The notes under the pieces are model-generated. The model made no database searches. It was not told where the DNA came from and saw nothing but the letters and a program-made list of their open reading frames with translations. The position numbers and the translations under genes are program-made. DNA of 28,903 nt, taken from contig CAYZUF010000001.1 in assembly GCA_964481645.1 (NCBI GenBank), positions 1-28,903 on the forward strand. The letters run 5' to 3'. This stretch comes from an uncultured Thermotogae bacterium. GTDB taxonomy: Bacteria > Bipolaricaulota > Bipolaricaulia > M55B111. Below, one piece after another: positions 25,948 to 28,903 of this stretch. The stretch's first letter is position 1. The number at the start of each line of letters is the position of its first letter.

Positions 25948-26053
25948 TATTGCAGGGTTTGACTGGAGTCCACTCGAGGCTAGGGTGTCGTCATCCACAG
26001 GTCTCGTAACCCACCACGTAATTCTCACCGAACAGTGAGAGAAAGGAACTTAC

Positions 26054-27037
26054 ATGAACAGATTGAAGGAAGTCGAAGACGAAATATCTCGCCACGAGAG
26101 GTTCATTATCGGGTCTCATAGAAGTCCTGAGGCGGACGCCATTGGGAGTCAGCTGGGCTTGAACAGGGCTCTCCGCCAGAGGGGAAAGAAAACGATTCTT
26201 TATAACCGGGATGGAGTACCGGACAACCTGGCTTTTCTTAAGGGCGCGGATTCGATTCTCGAGACCGGCCAACTTCCAGCGGAGATAAAAGACGTCGAAG
26301 TAGGGATTGTCCTTGATTGTAGCAATCTAGAGAGGTTGGGTGACGAAGGAAAGAGGATATTTCAGAGCCTGCCCGTAATCAATATAGATCATCACCAGGA
26401 CAATACAAATTTTGGCGACATCAATTACGTAAAGCCGGTAGCGGCAACCACGGAGATCATTGCGGATTTGATTGAGTATATGGGACTGACTATAGATTCT
26501 CCTATGGCTACCGCCCTCTATTCGGGAATAATCGCGGATACCTCCTCGTTCCAGAACGAAAACGTGGACGCGGAGCTGCTGCGAAGTGCTGCCGGGCTAT
26601 TGGAGAGCGGGGCGGACGCTAGATCCGTGATAATTCATCTTTACGAGAACGAACCCTTCTCCAAGTTGAAGTTGCTTGGCGAGGTGCTGGCGGAGGCGGA
26701 ATACCAGGACGGGGTAGTCTGGGCGGAAATTACTCCCGAAGTAATCGAGGAAGCTGATGCCACCCAGGAAGATACCGAAGGAATAGTGGGAAAGTTGAGG
26801 TCGACCAGAGGTGCCAAGGTTGCCTGTCTGTTCAAGAAATTGCCGGGAAATACGATTAAGGTCTCCCTGAGATCAAAGAACGGGGTAGACGTAAGTAAGG
26901 TCGCCGGCAACTTTGGCGGCGGCGGTCATAAAGTCGCTGCCGGATGTATGGTAGATGGCCAGTTGGACGAGGTGGAGCAAAAGGTTTTGACCGATATCAA
27001 GCAGAGGATCGAAGATGTCGAACAACATTCTCGATGA
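26054..27037 (+). CDS. nrnA: DHH/DHHA1 phosphoesterase (NrnA-like oligoribonuclease/pAp phosphatase)
   Basis: H..PEADAIGS, VLDC, IDHH, GIIADT, KVSLRS and GGGGHKVAAG motifs. Confidence 0.9.
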   Translation: MNRLKEVEDEISRHERFIIGSHRSPEADAIGSQLGLNRALRQRGKKTILYNRDGVPDNLAFLKGADSILETGQLPAEIKDVEVGIVLDCSNLERLGDEGKRIFQSLPVINIDHHQDNTNFGDINYVKPVAATTEIIADLIEYMGLTIDSPMATALYSGIIADTSSFQNENVDAELLRSAAGLLESGADARSVIIHLYENEPFSKLKLLGEVLAEAEYQDGVVWAEITPEVIEEADATQEDTEGIVGKLRSTRGAKVACLFKKLPGNTIKVSLRSKNGVDVSKVAGNFGGGGHKVAAGCMVDGQLDEVEQKVLTDIKQRIEDVEQHSR

Positions 27038-27965
27038 AATCGGGGAGGTCAGCCATGCTTCTACTCCCCCGAATGACGGTCTGGCCTTAACCATAGGAAC
27101 GTTTGACGGGGTCCATCTCGGTCATCAGATGTTGCTGGAAGCCGCCCGGGATATTGCCCGGGATCGGGGAATCGAAAGTGCCGCTTATACCTACGAATTG
27201 CCCCCCAAGAAATATCTCAACGATCCGGGACCTTCCTTGATAATGGACCCCCGGGCCAAACTTGATTACCTGAAGGACTACGTTGATCGGGTAGTCGTAG
27301 GGGATTTTCAAAGGGTTAAGGATTTTACCCCCCAGCGCTACGTCGAGCAGGTATTGGTGGAAGAGCTGAACGTGAAAGCTGTGGTGGTTGGAAAGGATTG
27401 GCGCTTCGGCAGAGACCGGACCGGTTCCCATCGAGAGCTGCAGGAACTGAGCCGGGGGAGGTTCACCGTGCATACCAAGTCCCAGCTGGAGAAGGAAGGT
27501 AGATCTATAAGCAGTACTTGGGTTCGCCAAGCACTCCGGGAGGGAAATATTGAGCTGGTCAGGGAGCTGCTCGGGCGGTACCCGGGTTACTGTGGAAAGG
27601 TGGTCCGGGGAGACCAGGTGGGTTCCGATCTCGGTTTTCCTACCGCCAACATCAGGATTGACCGGAGAGTAGGGTTGCCAAAACGGGGTAATTACGCGGC
27701 TCTGGCCGATCTGGAGGGTCGAGAACTGAAGGGGGCGGTCCATATAGGAAATCGTCCCACTTTTTCCGGTAATTCCCGCAGTCGGTTGGAGATCCATTTA
27801 CTTAACTTTGACGGGGAACTCTACGGTGAGTCACTTACGGTCCGACTGGTAAGCTATCTGGGTCCTAGTGAAAGGTACGGGGGAAAACGAGAACTCCGGG
27901 AGGGAATAAGGGAGCGGGTGGAAAGAGCAAAAGAAGTACTGAGTGAGATGGGTGCGGCGGGTTAA
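27015..27965 (+). CDS. ribF: Bifunctional riboflavin kinase / FAD synthetase
   Basis: TIGTFDGVHLGHQ, VVGKDWRFG, ISSTWVR, GFPTANI, GNRPTF and EIHLLNF. Confidence 0.92.
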   Translation: MSNNILDEIGEVSHASTPPNDGLALTIGTFDGVHLGHQMLLEAARDIARDRGIESAAYTYELPPKKYLNDPGPSLIMDPRAKLDYLKDYVDRVVVGDFQRVKDFTPQRYVEQVLVEELNVKAVVVGKDWRFGRDRTGSHRELQELSRGRFTVHTKSQLEKEGRSISSTWVRQALREGNIELVRELLGRYPGYCGKVVRGDQVGSDLGFPTANIRIDRRVGLPKRGNYAALADLEGRELKGAVHIGNRPTFSGNSRSRLEIHLLNFDGELYGESLTVRLVSYLGPSERYGGKRELREGIRERVERAKEVLSEMGAAG

Positions 27966-28000
27966 GCCGCCGGCGATCATTTGAATTTTAGGAGGTTTTC

Positions 28001-28429
28001 ATGGCAAAAAAATGGAAGGAGTACGTAAAACGAGAGTTTATGAAGACTGATACGGAGTTCGTGAAGAAACTGCCGGTAAATTCGATTGACCTGTCCACAT
28101 TTGGTCTAATTAGCGAGGCCTCGTCATTTGTTCCGGTCAGGCTGGAGGGAGAGGTACACCTGAGGCCGTTACCCGGGGGGATACCCTCTCTCCGAAACGA
28201 TATTCAGGATTCTCCCCGTCCAGGCGGTGGGTTTGACCTGGATTCCGCTCTAGAGACTCTCACCCTATTTGCGGAAGATTGGGAGGCAGAGATAAAGGAT
28301 AAGGAGAAGTGGAAGAAGATGGTAGAGCTGGCCGAGGAGGAGGATGAGATTATGGTCCGGGCCGAGTACGAGCAGGAATCAGAATACGAAACTTCTTTCC
28401 TGGATAAGGTCAGGGGTTTGTTCAAGTAA
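28001..28429 (+). CDS. Hypothetical protein
   Basis: 142-aa ORF with an AGGAGG SD and an acidic C-terminal half. Its stop lies 1 nt before the next ATG. No family recognised. Confidence 0.8.
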   Translation: MAKKWKEYVKREFMKTDTEFVKKLPVNSIDLSTFGLISEASSFVPVRLEGEVHLRPLPGGIPSLRNDIQDSPRPGGGFDLDSALETLTLFAEDWEAEIKDKEKWKKMVELAEEEDEIMVRAEYEQESEYETSFLDKVRGLFK

Positions 28430-28430
28430 G

Positions 28431-28903
28431 ATGCCCCGGATCGACCCCCAGAAGATACTGGCTCCCCATCCTTATGCCGGGAAGATTCTGGAAAGGCTGA
28501 ATCAGGCGGGGCACCGGGCAGTTATCGTGGGCGGGGCGGTAAGGGATGCGCTCCGGGAAGAGTTCGACCCCGATTACTCCTTTGAGGCCGAGCTTGTGGA
28601 TATCGATATCGCGTCCTCCGCCGACACCGGCCAGATCAGGGAACTGTTTCCCGACTTCGATTTTGTCGAAGTCGGGGAAAGCTTCGGAGTCCTGATCCTG
28701 ATCGCTCCGGATGGAGAGCAATACGAGGTCGCTCAGTTTAGAAAGGAGGCCGACTACGACGGGAGACGGCCGGGTAGAGTAGAACCCGCGGAATCGCTCC
28801 GGGAGGATATCAGCCGGAGGGACTTCACGGTCAACGGTCTGGCTCTCTCCGAGACCGGCGAGGTCATCGATCCGCATACCGCCGTCGGCCTGGCCGCCGC
28901 GCG
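28431..28903 (+). CDS. CCA-adding tRNA nucleotidyltransferase / poly(A) polymerase family, 5' part; runs off the right edge
   Basis: Not in the ORF track; translated by hand: MPRIDPQ...IVGGAVRDAL...DIDIA...GESFG...EVAQFRKEADYDGRRP...EDISRRDFTVNGLA (class II nucleotidyltransferase motifs). Confidence 0.92.
   Translation, partial: MPRIDPQKILAPHPYAGKILERLNQAGHRAVIVGGAVRDALREEFDPDYSFEAELVDIDIASSADTGQIRELFPDFDFVEVGESFGVLILIAPDGEQYEVAQFRKEADYDGRRPGRVEPAESLREDISRRDFTVNGLALSETGEVIDPHTAVGLAAA

Noticed and set aside
25983-25996. Minus-strand hairpin with an ACGA loop resembling a guanidine-II riboswitch
   Set aside because: Only one such hairpin where two are required, the stem has a mismatch on that strand, and ruvB is not a guanidine-related gene.
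27055-27090. Out-of-frame 11-codon ORF (MLLLPRMTVWP) with a GGAGG SD inside the start of ribF
   Set aside because: ribF has its own plausible SD and ATG at 27015; a short internal ORF with an SD-like word arises easily by chance.
46-28877. The many alternative-frame and antisense ORFs in the track (e.g. 1014-1502, 12493-13044, 14430 start, 23806-24618, 27087-27797, 28422-28877)
   Set aside because: They overlap well-supported genes, lack family motifs and are the shadows expected in GC-rich coding sequence.
1-28903. CRISPR arrays, transposases, integrases, prophage genes, rRNA, tmRNA, RNase P and SRP RNA
   Set aside because: No regularly spaced repeats or diagnostic motifs were seen, and the intergenic gaps are too short or lack the conserved cores.

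Overview
A bacterial chromosomal window, mostly housekeeping, with a sugar-utilisation block at the left. Positions 1-8589 (minus strand) hold a LacI regulator with three visible LacI-type operators, a CUT2-type sugar ABC transporter (binding protein, ATPase, permease), an exported orphan protein, a LacD-family class I aldolase, a UroD/MtaA-fold protein lacking the UroD catalytic motif, and a second sugar-binding protein cut off by the left edge. The rest contains a VIT1/CCC1-like membrane protein, DUF2905, tRNA-Leu(GAG), plsX-fabH-fabD-fabG-acpP, a BCAM0308-like zinc-finger protein, an FchA-like cyclodeaminase/cyclohydrolase, suhB, asnS, a PaaI thioesterase, a Thermotoga-type K+-dependent Na+-pumping pyrophosphatase, gltX, uvrB, ruvB, nrnA, ribF, two orphan genes and a truncated CCA-adding enzyme. 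I see no CRISPR array, transposase, integrase or phage gene. The best leads are: (1) the sugar locus as a possibly undescribed catabolic pathway; (2) a ~96-bp MITE-like inverted-repeat element with a 4-bp flanking direct repeat between ruvB and uvrB; (3) two structured 5' leaders (before asnS and nrnA) that match no riboswitch I recognise; (4) the last ~30 nt look like threonine synthase sequence from another organism (probable chimeric contig end). Glu-rich proteins and the Thermotoga-like PPase give the impression of a halophilic anaerobe, possibly Bipolaricaulota/Acetothermia. That is an impression only: no database search or folding program was run, and all family calls rest on motifs read by eye.
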